From positions 30,239 to 94,238 of the forward strand of contig JAZJZE010000003.1 of the NCBI GenBank assembly GCA_040390065.1: a DNA stretch of 64,000 nucleotides, given 5' to 3'. The position numbers were made by a program, and so were the translations under genes. This document shows, one piece after another, positions 19,915 through 30,594 of the stretch; within the stretch, counting starts at the first letter, position 1; each line of letters begins with the position of its first letter. The notes under the pieces are model-generated. The model saw nothing but the letters and a program-made list of their open reading frames with translations. It was not told the DNA's origin and did not search any database. This stretch comes from a bacterium (GTDB lineage Archaea; Thermoplasmatota; E2; JACPAO01; JAHFTW01).

Positions 19915-20709
19915 TCACTTGCGCAGGATCAGGCGGTCGCGGCGGAACAGGCGCAGCGCCAAGGCAAAGAGTGCGGCGTCGACGACGACGAGGCCGGCCC
20001 CGACGATGAGGACGAACCAGGCGGGGCCGACGAATTGGTAGAAGCGCACGACGGCGCGGCCGGGATCCGTGTACGACAGGATCGTGTTGAGGAGACCCGG
20101 CAGCATGTAGAGGGGAAGGAGGATGAGGCCGAGGATCTGCGCCGCCGCCTTGACGGTCGCTGCCCGCATGCTCACCATCGCCCCGATGCTCGCGACGAGG
20201 ATGCCGGCCAACGTCCCCAAGAGCGGCCCGGCAAGAAGTGCGCCCGCGTAGCCGAAGCCCGCGCCGCCCCATAGGACGAGGCATGCTGCGAACTGGAAGA
20301 TGCTGAAGGCGACCGTGCTTGCGAGGATGAACAGCGCCGACGCGAGGATCTTGCCGGCGAGGATGGCGCGGTCTGGCAGCGGGCCTGCCAGCAGCGTCTC
20401 GAGCGTGTGGCGTTCGCGCTCGCCGGCAAAGCTGTCGACGACGAAGCCGATGGTCACGACGGCTCCCTGGTACGCCATGGCGATGACGCCGGTCAGGGCC
20501 ACCATGGACACGAGGAAGGCGTCGCCTCCCAGGGATCGGGCTGCAGCGCCACGCAGGAGGTTCCCGAAGACGAAGGCGAAGAAGATCGGGGTCCCGATGC
20601 CGAGGATGCCGACGAAGAACAGGGCCCCCCAAGTCGAGCGCGACGGCCGCCCGCGGCGCAGGAACTGCTCGCGCCACTCCTTCCACACGACGGTGCCGAC
20701 GTCGCTCAT
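19915..20709 (-). CDS. ABC-2 type transporter permease
   Basis: WKEWRE; [16 protein letters not shown]; GKI; 6 TM segments. Confidence 0.9.
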   Translation of the reverse strand: MSDVGTVVWKEWREQFLRRGRPSRSTWGALFFVGILGIGTPIFFAFVFGNLLRGAAARSLGGDAFLVSMVALTGVIAMAYQGAVVTIGFVVDSFAGERERHTLETLLAGPLPDRAILAGKILASALFILASTVAFSIFQFAACLVLWGGAGFGYAGALLAGPLLGTLAGILVASIGAMVSMRAATVKAAAQILGLILLPLYMLPGLLNTILSYTDPGRAVVRFYQFVGPAWFVLIVGAGLVVVDAALFALALRLFRRDRLILRK

Positions 20710-21638
20710 GGCGAAGCCTCCGCGGCGACGAGGGCGAGGAAGTCCTCTTCGAGGCTGGCCCGCACACGGCGGACCTCCTCCACGGCCATGCCCGCATCGA
20801 TCATGGCCTTGACGATGGCGGGCAGCCGCGAACCGGGGGCCAGTGTCAGGCGGAGTGCTCCATCGACCGGCTCGACCGCCTCGATGTCCTTGCGCTTGCG
20901 TAATGCGGCCAGCCCGCGCGCGGGGAACGGGCCGCCAGTCACATCGACTTGCTCTTGCCGTCCCGTTCGCAGTTCGCCGGGCGGGCCGACGGCCAACAGG
21001 CGGCCGGCGCGGATGACCGCCACGCGGTCGCACACCTGCTCCGCCTCGTGCAGGTTGTGCGTCGTGAGGAAGATCGTCGTCTTGTCTTGCCGCACGAGTT
21101 CTGGAAGTTGGGCGCGCAGTGCGGCGGCGGCCTGGGGGTCATGCCCCGCCGTGGGCTCGTCGAGGAACACGATGGAGGGGCGGTGCATGAGGGTGCGCGC
21201 GATGGCGAGTTGCTGCTTCATGCCGCGGCTCCACGTGCCGACGTTGTCGTCGCGACGCTCCCACAGCCCGAGTTGGTCGAGGAGTTCACGGATGCGCTGG
21301 GCGCGGTCGGCAGCGTCCATGCGGTGCATGCGCCCGTGCAGGTCGAGGTTCTCGCGGGCGGACAGGCGCTCGTACAAGCCGTTGTGTTCGAGAAGGGCAC
21401 CGCAGCGGCGCCGCACCTCGCCGGGCGCCGTGCCGACGTCGAAGCCGGCCACTTGGGCCGAGCCTGCAGTCGGGGCAACGATGCCCAGCAGCAGATGCAG
21501 CGTGGTGGTTTTTCCCGCGCCGTTTGGTCCCAGGAAACCGAAGATGCTTCCCTGCGGGACTTGCAGGTCGAGCCCTTCGACGGCCTTGACGTCGCCGAAG
21601 TGGCGGGCGAGGTGCCGTGCCTCGATGGCGTAGGGCAC
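20706..21638 (-). CDS. ABC transporter ATP-binding protein
   Basis: GPNGAGKTT Walker A, WSRGMKQ signature, LDEPT Walker B. Confidence 0.95.
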   Translation of the reverse strand: MPYAIEARHLARHFGDVKAVEGLDLQVPQGSIFGFLGPNGAGKTTTLHLLLGIVAPTAGSAQVAGFDVGTAPGEVRRRCGALLEHNGLYERLSARENLDLHGRMHRMDAADRAQRIRELLDQLGLWERRDDNVGTWSRGMKQQLAIARTLMHRPSIVFLDEPTAGHDPQAAAALRAQLPELVRQDKTTIFLTTHNLHEAEQVCDRVAVIRAGRLLAVGPPGELRTGRQEQVDVTGGPFPARGLAALRKRKDIEAVEPVDGALRLTLAPGSRLPAIVKAMIDAGMAVEEVRRVRASLEEDFLALVAAEASP

Positions 21639-21997
21639 TACTTCTTCCCCTTCGCCTGCGCCAAGACCTTGGCTCGCGCCTTCTGGTAGCGCGTCTCCGA
21701 CATGTCACCCTTGGCGCGGGCCTCGTCGAGGGACGCGAGGATGCCGTCGACCTCGGACCGGGAGGCCTGCTGGATATGGTCGCTGGGGAGCGGCACCTCG
21801 ATGGCCTCCTTCTTGCGGACGGCGACGCCGAGGAGGGCGATCGCGACGGCGGGCAGCCACGTGTAGACGAGGATGGCGGGGTCCTTGGGTTCGCCCTGCA
21901 TGAAGAACATGGCCAACCCGACGGCCGCGATGACGACGGCCAGTGGGATCGTGAACTTCAGAAGCGGATACTTTTGGCGCATCACGGCAAACGGCAT
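21638..21997 (-). CDS. Small 2-TM protein with SHOCT-like tail
   Basis: Two TM segments plus LDEARAKGDMSETRYQKAR. Confidence 0.65.
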   Translation of the reverse strand: MPFAVMRQKYPLLKFTIPLAVVIAAVGLAMFFMQGEPKDPAILVYTWLPAVAIALLGVAVRKKEAIEVPLPSDHIQQASRSEVDGILASLDEARAKGDMSETRYQKARAKVLAQAKGKK

Positions 21998-22069
21998 GGA
22001 CTCACTCGACTCCGCGATGCCCGCGCGCTTGAAAAGGGGGATGGCCCCGGCGCTGGGCGGCGTGTTCGT

Positions 22070-22375
22070 CTACAGCTGGTCGAGGATGGAGTCGCGATGG
22101 CTCTTCCACTCGGCGTCCGGGATGATTCCCTTGGCGCGCAGGTCGTCGAGCCGGGCGAGCCTGGACTCCGGCGAGGCGTCGACCCACGCGGGGTCATTTG
22201 GACCCACCGCGGACTGCCCGTCCATGCCCCCGCCGAGCTGGACGAGGCAGAGGACCGTTCCAAGAAGGCCCACGATCATAAGGACAACGCCGAAGGCCGC
22301 TGTGTACGGGGCCATGAAGACGCCGATTGCAAGGACGAGAAGACTGAGCACGAGGGCGGAGACGCTCAGGGACAT
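22070..22375 (-). CDS. Small membrane protein with SHOCT domain
   Basis: Two TM segments plus RLARLDDLRAKGIIPDAEWKSHRDSIL. Confidence 0.75.
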   Translation of the reverse strand: MSLSVSALVLSLLVLAIGVFMAPYTAAFGVVLMIVGLLGTVLCLVQLGGGMDGQSAVGPNDPAWVDASPESRLARLDDLRAKGIIPDAEWKSHRDSILDQL

Positions 22376-22440
22376 GGGGACGGCCACCGCGGGCGTGGAT
22401 ATCAGCGTTCCACGTCCAAACAACTTCTTGGAGGTTGTAT

Positions 22441-23625
22441 CTACTTGGGGACGCGCACTTGCATGCTCACGGCATTGCCGCCGCCGAGGCACAGCGTCGC
22501 GACACCGCGCCCGCCACCGCGGCGCTTGAGTTCGTGCGTGAGGGTCAGAAGCACGCGGGTTCCGGAGGCGCCAATCGGATGGCCGAGGGCGACGGCGCCG
22601 CCATTGACGTTGAAGCGGTCGTCCGGGATCTTGAGATCCTTCTGGACCGCGCAACTGGCCGAGGCGAAGGCCTCGTTGTGCTCGAACAAGTCGATGTCGG
22701 CGACGCTGCGGCCGGTCCGTGCCAACAGATTGCGCACACTCGCGATGGGCGCCTCCATGACCCACTCGGGTTTCGTCCCCGACGCGTCGTACCCCTCGAT
22801 CTCCGCAAGGATTGGCAGGCCATGCGTGCGCGCATAGGCGGCGGATGCGACGACGACAGCCGCGGCGCCGTCGGAGATCTGGCTCGAGTTCCCGGCAGTC
22901 ACCTGGCCGTCCGCGCGGAAGGACGGTTTGAGGTTGGCAAGGCCTGCCTCCGTCGTGTCGGGCCGGATGCCTTCGTCCAGGCGTACGACGAGGGGCGCAC
23001 CTTTTCGTTGCGGGATGGAGACGGGGACAATCTCCGCGTCGAAGCGGCCGGCTTGCTGGGCGGCAAGCGCACGGCCATGGCTGCGCGCGGCGAGGCGGTC
23101 GGCGTCGGCGCGGTGCACGTGGAACCGTTCGGCGACAATCTCGCCGGTCTCGCCCATGTGGAACTGGTTGTAGTGGTCCCAGAGTCCGTCGTGCACCATG
23201 TGGTCGACGAGCTTGCCGTCGCCGAGGCGGATGCCGGAGCGCGAGCCGAGGAGCATGTGCGGTGCGTTCGTCATCGATTCCATGCCGCCGGCCACGACGA
23301 GGTCACGGTCGCCGGCCTTGATGGCCTGCGCGGCAAGCATGACGGCCTTGAGGGCGGACCCGCAGACCTTGTTGATGGTCACGGCCGGCACGGTGTCAGG
23401 CAGGCCGCCGCCGAGGGCAGCGGCACGCGCCGGGTTCTGTCCCAGGCCAGCCTGCAGGACGTTGCCGAGGATTGCCTCCTGGATGTCGCCGGGCTTGACG
23501 CCGGCGCGGCGGACGGCTTCGCGCACGACCACGGCCCCCGTCTGCGTGGCCGATAGGGGCGAAAGGGCGCCCTGGAAGCGGCCGATGGGCGTGCGGGCTC
23601 CGGCCACCAGGACGGGGTTCTCCAC
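22441..23625 (-). CDS. Acetyl-CoA C-acetyltransferase (thiolase)
   Basis: ARTPIGRF, NKVCGS, GGMESM, NEAFA, GHPIGASG, LCLGGG. Confidence 0.96.
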   Translation of the reverse strand: MENPVLVAGARTPIGRFQGALSPLSATQTGAVVVREAVRRAGVKPGDIQEAILGNVLQAGLGQNPARAAALGGGLPDTVPAVTINKVCGSALKAVMLAAQAIKAGDRDLVVAGGMESMTNAPHMLLGSRSGIRLGDGKLVDHMVHDGLWDHYNQFHMGETGEIVAERFHVHRADADRLAARSHGRALAAQQAGRFDAEIVPVSIPQRKGAPLVVRLDEGIRPDTTEAGLANLKPSFRADGQVTAGNSSQISDGAAAVVVASAAYARTHGLPILAEIEGYDASGTKPEWVMEAPIASVRNLLARTGRSVADIDLFEHNEAFASASCAVQKDLKIPDDRFNVNGGAVALGHPIGASGTRVLLTLTHELKRRGGGRGVATLCLGGGNAVSMQVRVPK

Positions 23626-23748
23626 GGGCCTCCCGACAGGGGGCGGGATGAAAAGGCCGAGGGCGTGGGACCACCTCTTCCCGGTGAAGGACGTGGCCAG
23701 AAGGCTTTTCTGTCCCCTCCTGGCTGCAAGCACTGGGTCCAGGTCCAT

Positions 23749-25893
23749 ATGGATGAGCACTCTAGCATTTTCACGTCCAACCCCCGCAAGGTCCTCCTGG
23801 TCGCCTGTTTGGTGGGTTTGGCCGCCGTCGCCCTGCTCATGGCTGCCCCCAACGCGCACGCCGCCGTCACCTCGACGTCCATCACATCCGCCAGTGGCCC
23901 GCTGACCCGCATTACCATTGGCCAGGACCTCGGCTGCGAAGCCAACTACCTTGGCGACGCGTCGGACGAGTTCTTCCCGCCCAAGACGGACGGGGAACTC
24001 ATGAACAACGTCGGCGACTGCGGCACCATGCTCATGGTCGACCCGCCGACGACGGGCACGTTCTTCGGCCCCGACTTCTCCATCAGCGGCCACGGCGGCA
24101 CGGCTGCCGGCAAGGTGGACCAGCCCGTTCCCCACACCAACTATGTCTACACCAGCCAGAGCGCCGTAAGCGGCACGGGCGGCGGCTCGACCCCGTACAA
24201 GATTACCACGATCGTCGAGGCCGGGAAAGCCCACATCGTGCAGGACGACTTCTATTTCCTCGGCGACCAGTTCTGGTCCACCTCGACCACTATCACGAAC
24301 ACGGACTCGGGCACGCACAACTATCGCCTCTGGCGCGCGGCCGACTGTTACCTCGGCGACGACGACGAGGGGTACGGCTGGGCGGACCCGCCGGGCAACT
24401 ACGCCAAGGTCGCCTGCACGGTGAACCCGTACAACCAGCCCAACGCCCGGTACGAGATGTTCACGCCGCTCACCCCGGGCTCGCACTACATGGAGGACCA
24501 GTACGACACCGTCTGGCAGACCATCGGTGCCCGCGCCGCCTTCCCCGACACCATCCATGCGTACGGCAAGCCGCCGTGCACGCAGCCGCCGGCGCCGCCG
24601 CCCAACCCGCCTTGCCCGAAGGAGGACAACGGCATGGGACTCAGCTGGGACTTCCAACTGAACGGGGGCGCCCAGTTCACCATCGCCGCAACGACGAAGT
24701 TCCAGCCTGACGCGCCGCCCAACATGCCGCCCACGGTGGGCATCCAGGTCACGATGGGCACGCCGACCTGCAAGGACTCGCACATCCAGTTCACCGCCAT
24801 CGCGAGCGACCCGGACGGCAGCATTTCCTCGGTCGTCTGGGACTTCGGCGACGGCAAGACGGCGGAAGCCAGCTCGGCCTCGCACACCTACGCCGACGAG
24901 GGCGACTACACGGTCATCGTGACGGTCACCGACAACGGCAAGGCGACAGCGTCCGCGACCCGCCAAGTGCACGCGCCGCCGGACACCAACTGCTGCCCCG
25001 AACTCAGCCCCGTCCCCGACCGCAGCGTCATGGAAGGACTGTCGTTCCGCTTCTTCCCGTACACGACGGACTGGGAGGGCGACTCCATGACGTACACGAT
25101 GCAGACCGAGCTGCCCCATGGCGCGACCCTGGATGCATCGACCGGGTACTTCGCGTGGCGCACTCTTGGCGGAGATGCCGGCGATTACCAGATGACGCTG
25201 CACGTCACGGACAACCGCGACCACTCCAGCGAGCCCGCGCCGTGCCAGGACACCCAGAACTTCATCCTCAAGGTGACCCCCAAGCCGCCAAGCACGCCGA
25301 TCACCGACTCCGACCGCGACGGCATCGACGACTCGGCCGACAATTGCCCGGGTGTGCCGAACCTCGACCAGGCCGACCGCGACCGCGACAACATCGGTGA
25401 CGCCTGCCAAGGCGAAGCCGCGGCCACGACCACCTACACGCCGACCGAAGTCGGACCGAAGACGCCCACCGACCGCGACGGCGACGGCGTGCCTGATACG
25501 CAAGACCTGTGCCCCGGCATCGCCAACGGCGACCAGACCGACTTCGACCACGACCGCATCGGCGACGTGTGCGACGCCGACCTCGACGGCGACGGCATCA
25601 TGCAGACCGGCGGACTCAGCGGCTCGTTCCACGACAACTGCCCGCTCGTCCCCAACCCGGACCAGACGGACACCGGCAACCTCGGCATCGGCGACAAGTG
25701 CCGCGGCTCGGCGGGCCAGCAGGCCGGAGCCGGCATCGGCGCGACCGACGGCCAACCCGCCGCCGACGGGGCGGCCTCCGTGGGCGCGCCTGCCAGCAAG
25801 AGCCCCATCCTCATGTTCGGCATCATCGTGGCCGTCGCCGCCGTGATCCTCACGGTCGGCGTCGTCATGTGGGGCGTCCGCCGCCGCGAGTAG
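23749..25893 (+). CDS. Cell-surface protein: signal, uncharacterised N-domain, PKD, Ig/cadherin-like, thrombospondin type 3 repeats, C-terminal TM
   Basis: WDFGDG PKD motif; DSDRDGIDDSADNCP/DLDGDG TSP3 repeats; TM plus RRR tail. Confidence 0.88.
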   Translation: MDEHSSIFTSNPRKVLLVACLVGLAAVALLMAAPNAHAAVTSTSITSASGPLTRITIGQDLGCEANYLGDASDEFFPPKTDGELMNNVGDCGTMLMVDPPTTGTFFGPDFSISGHGGTAAGKVDQPVPHTNYVYTSQSAVSGTGGGSTPYKITTIVEAGKAHIVQDDFYFLGDQFWSTSTTITNTDSGTHNYRLWRAADCYLGDDDEGYGWADPPGNYAKVACTVNPYNQPNARYEMFTPLTPGSHYMEDQYDTVWQTIGARAAFPDTIHAYGKPPCTQPPAPPPNPPCPKEDNGMGLSWDFQLNGGAQFTIAATTKFQPDAPPNMPPTVGIQVTMGTPTCKDSHIQFTAIASDPDGSISSVVWDFGDGKTAEASSASHTYADEGDYTVIVTVTDNGKATASATRQVHAPPDTNCCPELSPVPDRSVMEGLSFRFFPYTTDWEGDSMTYTMQTELPHGATLDASTGYFAWRTLGGDAGDYQMTLHVTDNRDHSSEPAPCQDTQNFILKVTPKPPSTPITDSDRDGIDDSADNCPGVPNLDQADRDRDNIGDACQGEAAATTTYTPTEVGPKTPTDRDGDGVPDTQDLCPGIANGDQTDFDHDRIGDVCDADLDGDGIMQTGGLSGSFHDNCPLVPNPDQTDTGNLGIGDKCRGSAGQQAGAGIGATDGQPAADGAASVGAPASKSPILMFGIIVAVAAVILTVGVVMWGVRRRE

Positions 25894-25895
25894 GC

Positions 25896-27896
25896 ATGCG
25901 CGGCCGCCGCCTCGTCGCCTGGCCGGGGCTGGCTCTGGCCGGCGTGGCGCTCGTTGCCGCGACGCTGCTCGCAGGCCACGCAAACGCAGCGGTGACCTCG
26001 TCGGACATCCTGAGCCCCGGCCCGATGACACGCATCACGATCGGCCAGGACCTGTCTTGCCAATCGGAGCACAGCAACGACCCGGCCTTGACGGGCGCGC
26101 CGCCGACGTGGGCGCAGTTCTACCCACCCCAGGAGCACCCCGGCGACTGCGGGACCTTCATCATGACGCTGCCAGCCGGCGTGTTCTACGGCTCCGACTT
26201 CGCAAGCCATGGCGGCTCGGACGCCAAGAATTGGGTCGGACCCGTGACGCCTTTCTCGTATGCCAGCCAGTCGCTTGCGGGCACGCAGGTCGTGACCGTG
26301 GCCGACGCGGGCCTTGCCCGCCTGGCCGAGACCAGCACGTACACGCTGGGCGACGAGGGTTGGGACACGGCGTTGGCTGTGAGCAACAACGACAACGTCG
26401 CGCACGACTACCGCATCTTCCGCGCTGGCGACTGCCGCATGGCGGGCGATGACGGCACCGGGTACGACAACGCATACGGCTTCCTGGCCACGGGCAAGGT
26501 CGCGTGTCGGAAGGACCCAGCGAAGACGCCGCCGCAGGGCGCCTACGTCATGTTCACCTGGCCGGCGGGATTCACCAACTGCCACTCCATGGAGGCGGAG
26601 CACACCACGCTGTGGAAGTGGGTCGCAACGCACGCCGCCTTCCCCGACACCGTGGACAACACCGAGGTCGACGCGGCCATGGGCTGGAGTTGCGACATCA
26701 ATGTTCCGGCACACGCGACGATTGTCCTCGACTCGACGTTCGAGATCGCGCCACCCAACCAGCCGCCGCAGGTCCAGATCGTCTACGACAACTCGGTGCA
26801 CACCTGCGAGGACTCGGACGTCCTCTTCACCGCACTCGTTGCCGACCCGGACGGCGACTCGGTCAGCGTGCACTGGACCTTCGGCGACTTGGCCACATCC
26901 GACTCCGTCACCGTGGGCCACACCTACAAGGACGACGGGAACTACGCAGTCAGCGCCACCGCCGACGACGGCCACGGCCACAAGGTGACGGCCAACGCCG
27001 TCGTGCATGCCTACGCGGACACGGACTGCTGCCCCGTCCTCGACCCACTTGGCGACCGCATCGTCATGGAGGGCCAGTTCATCCGCCTCGCACCGCACGC
27101 CACCGACATCGAGGGCGAAGCCCTCATGTTCACCGTCCTTCCAGCCGTCCCGCCCGGCGCCATCCTGGATTCCGCAAGCGGCGCCTTCGTTTGGCCCACG
27201 CAAGCCGGCGACGCCGGCTACTACCGCCTCACCCTGCAGGTCACCGATGGCAAGACGCACGACGACGCGTGCCGCGACATCCAATTCCTCCTGCGCATCC
27301 TGCCGCATCCCGCGAACACGCCGACCCTCGACTCGGACCAGGACGGCATCGACAACAGCGCCGACAACTGCCCAGGCATCCCCAACCTCGACCAGGCGGA
27401 CCGCGACCGCGACGGCATCGGCGATGCCTGCGAAGGCCCCGAGACCGCGGCCGCCCCCGTGAGCCCGGTGGCTCCCGGACCCGTGACGCCGACTGACAAG
27501 GATGGCGACGGCATCGCGGACATCGTGGACGACTGCCCCGGCATCCCCGACCCCGATCAGACCGACTTCGACGGCGACCACATCGGCGACGTGTGCGACG
27601 CCGACCTCGACGGCGACGGCGTGCCACAAAGCGGCGGACTGCCTGGCTCGTTCCACGACGACTGCCCGCTCACGCCCAACCCGGACCAGCGGGACGACGG
27701 CGGCCTCGGCATCGGCAACGCGTGCCGGCCGGGCCTTGCGGTGAGGGATGGTGGCGGGGAGACGACGCCGGACTCCGGTGGGCTTGCCGCGCCGGCGACG
27801 CCCCTTCCGCTCTGGGTCTTCGGCGCCGTCGTGGCCATCGCGGCAGCGGGCGTGGCAACGGGCACCGTGCTTTGGGCTGTCCGCCGCCGCGTCTAG
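25896..27896 (+). CDS. Cell-surface PKD/TSP3 protein, tandem paralog of 23749-25893
   Basis: Same domain order; shared AAVTS..GPxTRITIGQDLxC, WTFGD, DCCP and TSP3 repeats; TM plus RRR. Confidence 0.88.
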   Translation: MRGRRLVAWPGLALAGVALVAATLLAGHANAAVTSSDILSPGPMTRITIGQDLSCQSEHSNDPALTGAPPTWAQFYPPQEHPGDCGTFIMTLPAGVFYGSDFASHGGSDAKNWVGPVTPFSYASQSLAGTQVVTVADAGLARLAETSTYTLGDEGWDTALAVSNNDNVAHDYRIFRAGDCRMAGDDGTGYDNAYGFLATGKVACRKDPAKTPPQGAYVMFTWPAGFTNCHSMEAEHTTLWKWVATHAAFPDTVDNTEVDAAMGWSCDINVPAHATIVLDSTFEIAPPNQPPQVQIVYDNSVHTCEDSDVLFTALVADPDGDSVSVHWTFGDLATSDSVTVGHTYKDDGNYAVSATADDGHGHKVTANAVVHAYADTDCCPVLDPLGDRIVMEGQFIRLAPHATDIEGEALMFTVLPAVPPGAILDSASGAFVWPTQAGDAGYYRLTLQVTDGKTHDDACRDIQFLLRILPHPANTPTLDSDQDGIDNSADNCPGIPNLDQADRDRDGIGDACEGPETAAAPVSPVAPGPVTPTDKDGDGIADIVDDCPGIPDPDQTDFDGDHIGDVCDADLDGDGVPQSGGLPGSFHDDCPLTPNPDQRDDGGLGIGNACRPGLAVRDGGGETTPDSGGLAAPATPLPLWVFGAVVAIAAAGVATGTVLWAVRRRV

Positions 27897-27980
27897 CCGC
27901 GCCCAACGCTTATGTAGGCGATGGCCTCACCGAAGGCGACGCCAGCCACGACTCCCCCTGGGGAGACGGGGCGCAGGTCG

Positions 27981-28020
27981 TTGAAAGATGAAGTCCCGGC
28001 CGCAAGGTCGGGATGAATGG
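27981..28020 (+). promoter_or_regulatory. Putative kink-turn leader of rpl7ae (L7Ae autoregulation)
   Basis: GATGAA boxes on both sides of hairpin GTCCCGGCC-GCAA-GGTCGGGAT just upstream of the L7Ae start. Confidence 0.55.
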
Positions 28021-28031
28021 AGACCACAACT

Positions 28032-28400
28032 ATGGCAATGTTTGTTCGATTCGAGACCCCCAAGGAATTGGGGACGCAGATCTACGAGACCATCGAGAAG
28101 GCCCGCAGCACCGGCCGTGTCGCGAAGGGCGCCAACGAGGTCACGAAGCAAGTCGAGCGCGGTGTCGCGAAGTTCGTCGTGATGGCCGAGGATGTCACGC
28201 CCGAGGAGATCCTCGCGCACATCCCGCTTCTCTGCGAAGAGAAGGGCATCCCGTACGGCTACGTCCCGTCCAAGGCCGAGCTCGGCAACGCCGCAGGCCT
28301 GGCCGTCGGCACCGCCGCCGTCGCCATCGTCGACGCGGGCACCGCTGGCGAGGCCGTCGAGGACGTCGCCAAGAAGACGAGCGCCCTGAAGGCCGCGTAA
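28032..28400 (+). CDS. rpl7ae: Ribosomal protein L7Ae (eL8)
   Basis: [37 protein letters not shown]. Confidence 0.97.
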   Translation: MAMFVRFETPKELGTQIYETIEKARSTGRVAKGANEVTKQVERGVAKFVVMAEDVTPEEILAHIPLLCEEKGIPYGYVPSKAELGNAAGLAVGTAAVAIVDAGTAGEAVEDVAKKTSALKAA

Positions 28401-28412
28401 GGAGGCCACACC

Positions 28413-28772
28413 ATGGCTGACGACGCAAAGAAGGGCAAGCCCGAAAAGGGCGCAAAGGGCGACAAGCCCGAGAAGACGGAGAAGGGCGACAAGGGCAAGG
28501 GTGCCGAGCCGTCCGAACCGATCACGAAGCCCGCACTGCCCGAGCAGGGCGACACCGACGCATTCCCCAGCGAAGTCGTCGAGGTCGTCTCGCGCGGCGG
28601 CATGACGGGCGAAGTCACACTCTGCAAGGTCCGCGTCCTCGCGGGCCGCGACAAGGGCCGCATCATCGCCCGCAACGTCATGGGACCCGTCCAGCTGGGC
28701 GACACCTTGATGCTGCGTGAGACGGAGCGCGAAGCCCGCACGATGGGCGCCGGCGGGAGGAAGAAGACATGA
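28413..28772 (+). CDS. rps28e: Ribosomal protein S28e with long K/E-rich N-terminal extension
   Basis: [39 protein letters not shown]; operon context. Confidence 0.95.
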   Translation: MADDAKKGKPEKGAKGDKPEKTEKGDKGKGAEPSEPITKPALPEQGDTDAFPSEVVEVVSRGGMTGEVTLCKVRVLAGRDKGRIIARNVMGPVQLGDTLMLRETEREARTMGAGGRKKT

Positions 28773-29047
28773 CCAACTGCACGTTCTGCGGGTCGGCCAT
28801 CGAAGCCGGCACCGGCAAGATGTACGTGAAGCGCGACGGCACGGTCCTGCACTTCGACCGCGCCAAGTGCCAGCGCAACATGGTCGAGCTCGGCCGCGTC
28901 AACCGGCACGTCCGCTGGACCCGCGCTGCCGACGAGCACAAGAGCGAGCGCGTCCAGACGCCGGCCAACAAGCCGGCCGCCCCCAAGGCCAAGGCCGCGA
29001 AGCCCGCGGCCAAGCCGGCGGCCAAGGCCGAAGCGAAGACCGCGTAG
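28769..29047 (+). CDS. rpl24e: Ribosomal protein L24e with AKP-rich tail
   Basis: [22 protein letters not shown]. Confidence 0.95.
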   Translation: MTNCTFCGSAIEAGTGKMYVKRDGTVLHFDRAKCQRNMVELGRVNRHVRWTRAADEHKSERVQTPANKPAAPKAKAAKPAAKPAAKAEAKTA

Positions 29048-29059
29048 CCCGACGCGAAT

Positions 29060-29091
29060 CCCTTTCCCTCTCCTTCTCCTCGTTTTTTTTT
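29060..29091 (+). terminator. T-run terminator of the L7Ae-S28e-L24e operon
   Basis: Polypyrimidine tract ending in T9 (29083-29091). Confidence 0.7.
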
Positions 29092-29096
29092 GCGCT

Positions 29097-29771
29097 TCAC
29101 GTGACTGACAGGCAGTCCGGTGGATTGCCGTCGACGCCCCGCAGGGGATCCGGCCAGACGCCCAGGTTGCGGACGGTCAGGGTCTCGTCGACGTCGAGGG
29201 CCAGGTCTGTGCCATCATTTTGGCCGTGGTGCCACACGTAGCTGAAGTGGAATGCCCGCGCATCGCCTGGGGCCACCGCCACGCCATCCAGCGTCACGAT
29301 GCCCGCCGCGAAGCCCAGGGTGGCATGCCCACTGGTCGCGTCGTTGCCGAGCGCGAGGGTCGTCGCCGCCGCGGGTGTGGACAGGTCGAGGGCATAGTGG
29401 CGGGGGCTGTGGGGTTGGTCGGGGCCGCGTTCCTGGGACAGGAGGACGACGGTGGCATTCTGCTTGAACTGGCGGAAGGCGGCGTCGCCCTGTCCACCGA
29501 TGTAGTAGTACGGGACCGTCACGGTGCGCGCGCTGCGGTCGAGCGTGATGATGTCGTCGGCCATGCAGTGGTACCAAGGCGACGGCGCCGGCGGGGACCA
29601 GGCCGTCCCGTTGTCGGCCTCCGTGATGGCAAACGTGCTTTCCAGGACGATGACGGGCAGCGATCCGGGTTCCAACGCGGCCGGCGTGGACGGCCCGGTG
29701 GCTGGAGTGGCGCAGCCGGCGGCAAGGGCGGCCAGAAGGACGACGGCAAGCAGCGCGGGGCGGACGCCCAT
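29097..29771 (-). CDS. Hypothetical lipoprotein
   Basis: LLAVVLLAALAAGC lipobox. Confidence 0.75.
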   Translation of the reverse strand: MGVRPALLAVVLLAALAAGCATPATGPSTPAALEPGSLPVIVLESTFAITEADNGTAWSPPAPSPWYHCMADDIITLDRSARTVTVPYYYIGGQGDAAFRQFKQNATVVLLSQERGPDQPHSPRHYALDLSTPAAATTLALGNDATSGHATLGFAAGIVTLDGVAVAPGDARAFHFSYVWHHGQNDGTDLALDVDETLTVRNLGVWPDPLRGVDGNPPDCLSVT

Positions 29772-29887
29772 GCATTGCCCACCGTCTTGGCGTTCTTGGA
29801 CTTCACCTTCCGCGTCGCACCGGCCGCCCACCCTTCCACGTGAAGTGCCCACGCACATTTCTTGAGGCGGTGCATGCATCGGACGGC

Positions 29888-30460
29888 GTGGCCCTCACGC
29901 CATCCACCATGGTCGCACTCGGCTCCCCGGCGCCGGACTTCGCGTTGCCCGACACGGACGGCAAGACGGTGCGGCGGCGCGACTATGCCGGCCGACCAAT
30001 CCTCGTCATCTTCCTGTGCAACCACTGCCCCTACGTCAAGCACGTCGCCAACGACTTGGCGCAGGTGGCCACGAAGTACATGCAGAAGGGCGTCGCTGTC
30101 GTCGGCGTCAGTTCCAACGACGTGGCCAACTACCCCGAGGATTCGCCGCAGAACATGCGCATCGAGAAACGCGACCGCGGCTACGCCTTCCCGTACCTCT
30201 TCGACGAATCCCAGGAGGTCGCCCGCGCCTACCACGCGGCATGCACGCCCGACTTCTTCCTCTACGACAACAACCACCGGCTCGTCTACCGTGGCCAGTT
30301 CGACGACTCGCGGCCCGGCAACGGCAAACCCATCACGGGATTGGACTTGACGCTCGCCGTCGAAGCGCTCGTCACGGGAAAGCCCCCCATCGCGACGCAG
30401 AAGCCCAGCATGGGATGCAACATCAAGTGGAAGCCGCTGGCGCGGACGATCCCGTCCTAA
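29888..30460 (+). CDS. Thioredoxin/AhpC-TSA family protein
   Basis: APDFALPD, FLCNHCPYV, ACTPDFF, YRGQFDDSRP, SMGCNIKW. Confidence 0.93.
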   Translation: MALTPSTMVALGSPAPDFALPDTDGKTVRRRDYAGRPILVIFLCNHCPYVKHVANDLAQVATKYMQKGVAVVGVSSNDVANYPEDSPQNMRIEKRDRGYAFPYLFDESQEVARAYHAACTPDFFLYDNNHRLVYRGQFDDSRPGNGKPITGLDLTLAVEALVTGKPPIATQKPSMGCNIKWKPLARTIPS

Positions 30461-30468
30461 TCCACGAT

Positions 30469-30554
30469 TGCCGCCGCGCGTCAACAGATGCAACAGATCA
30501 AACCGATACGAAGCCGCGCATCGGTTCCAGCGGCGTTGTCCGTTGATGGCGGCA
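30469..30554. repeat. Dispersed palindromic repeat family B, copy 1
   Basis: 9-nt units TCAACAGAT-GCAACAGAT-CAAACCGAT with inverted partner ATCGGTT..GTTGTCCGTTGA; outer TGCCGCC/GGCGGCA. Confidence 0.8.
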
Positions 30555-30594
30555 GGGCGTGGAGGGTTAAGGGACCCCAATGCTTCGCCGGCGC

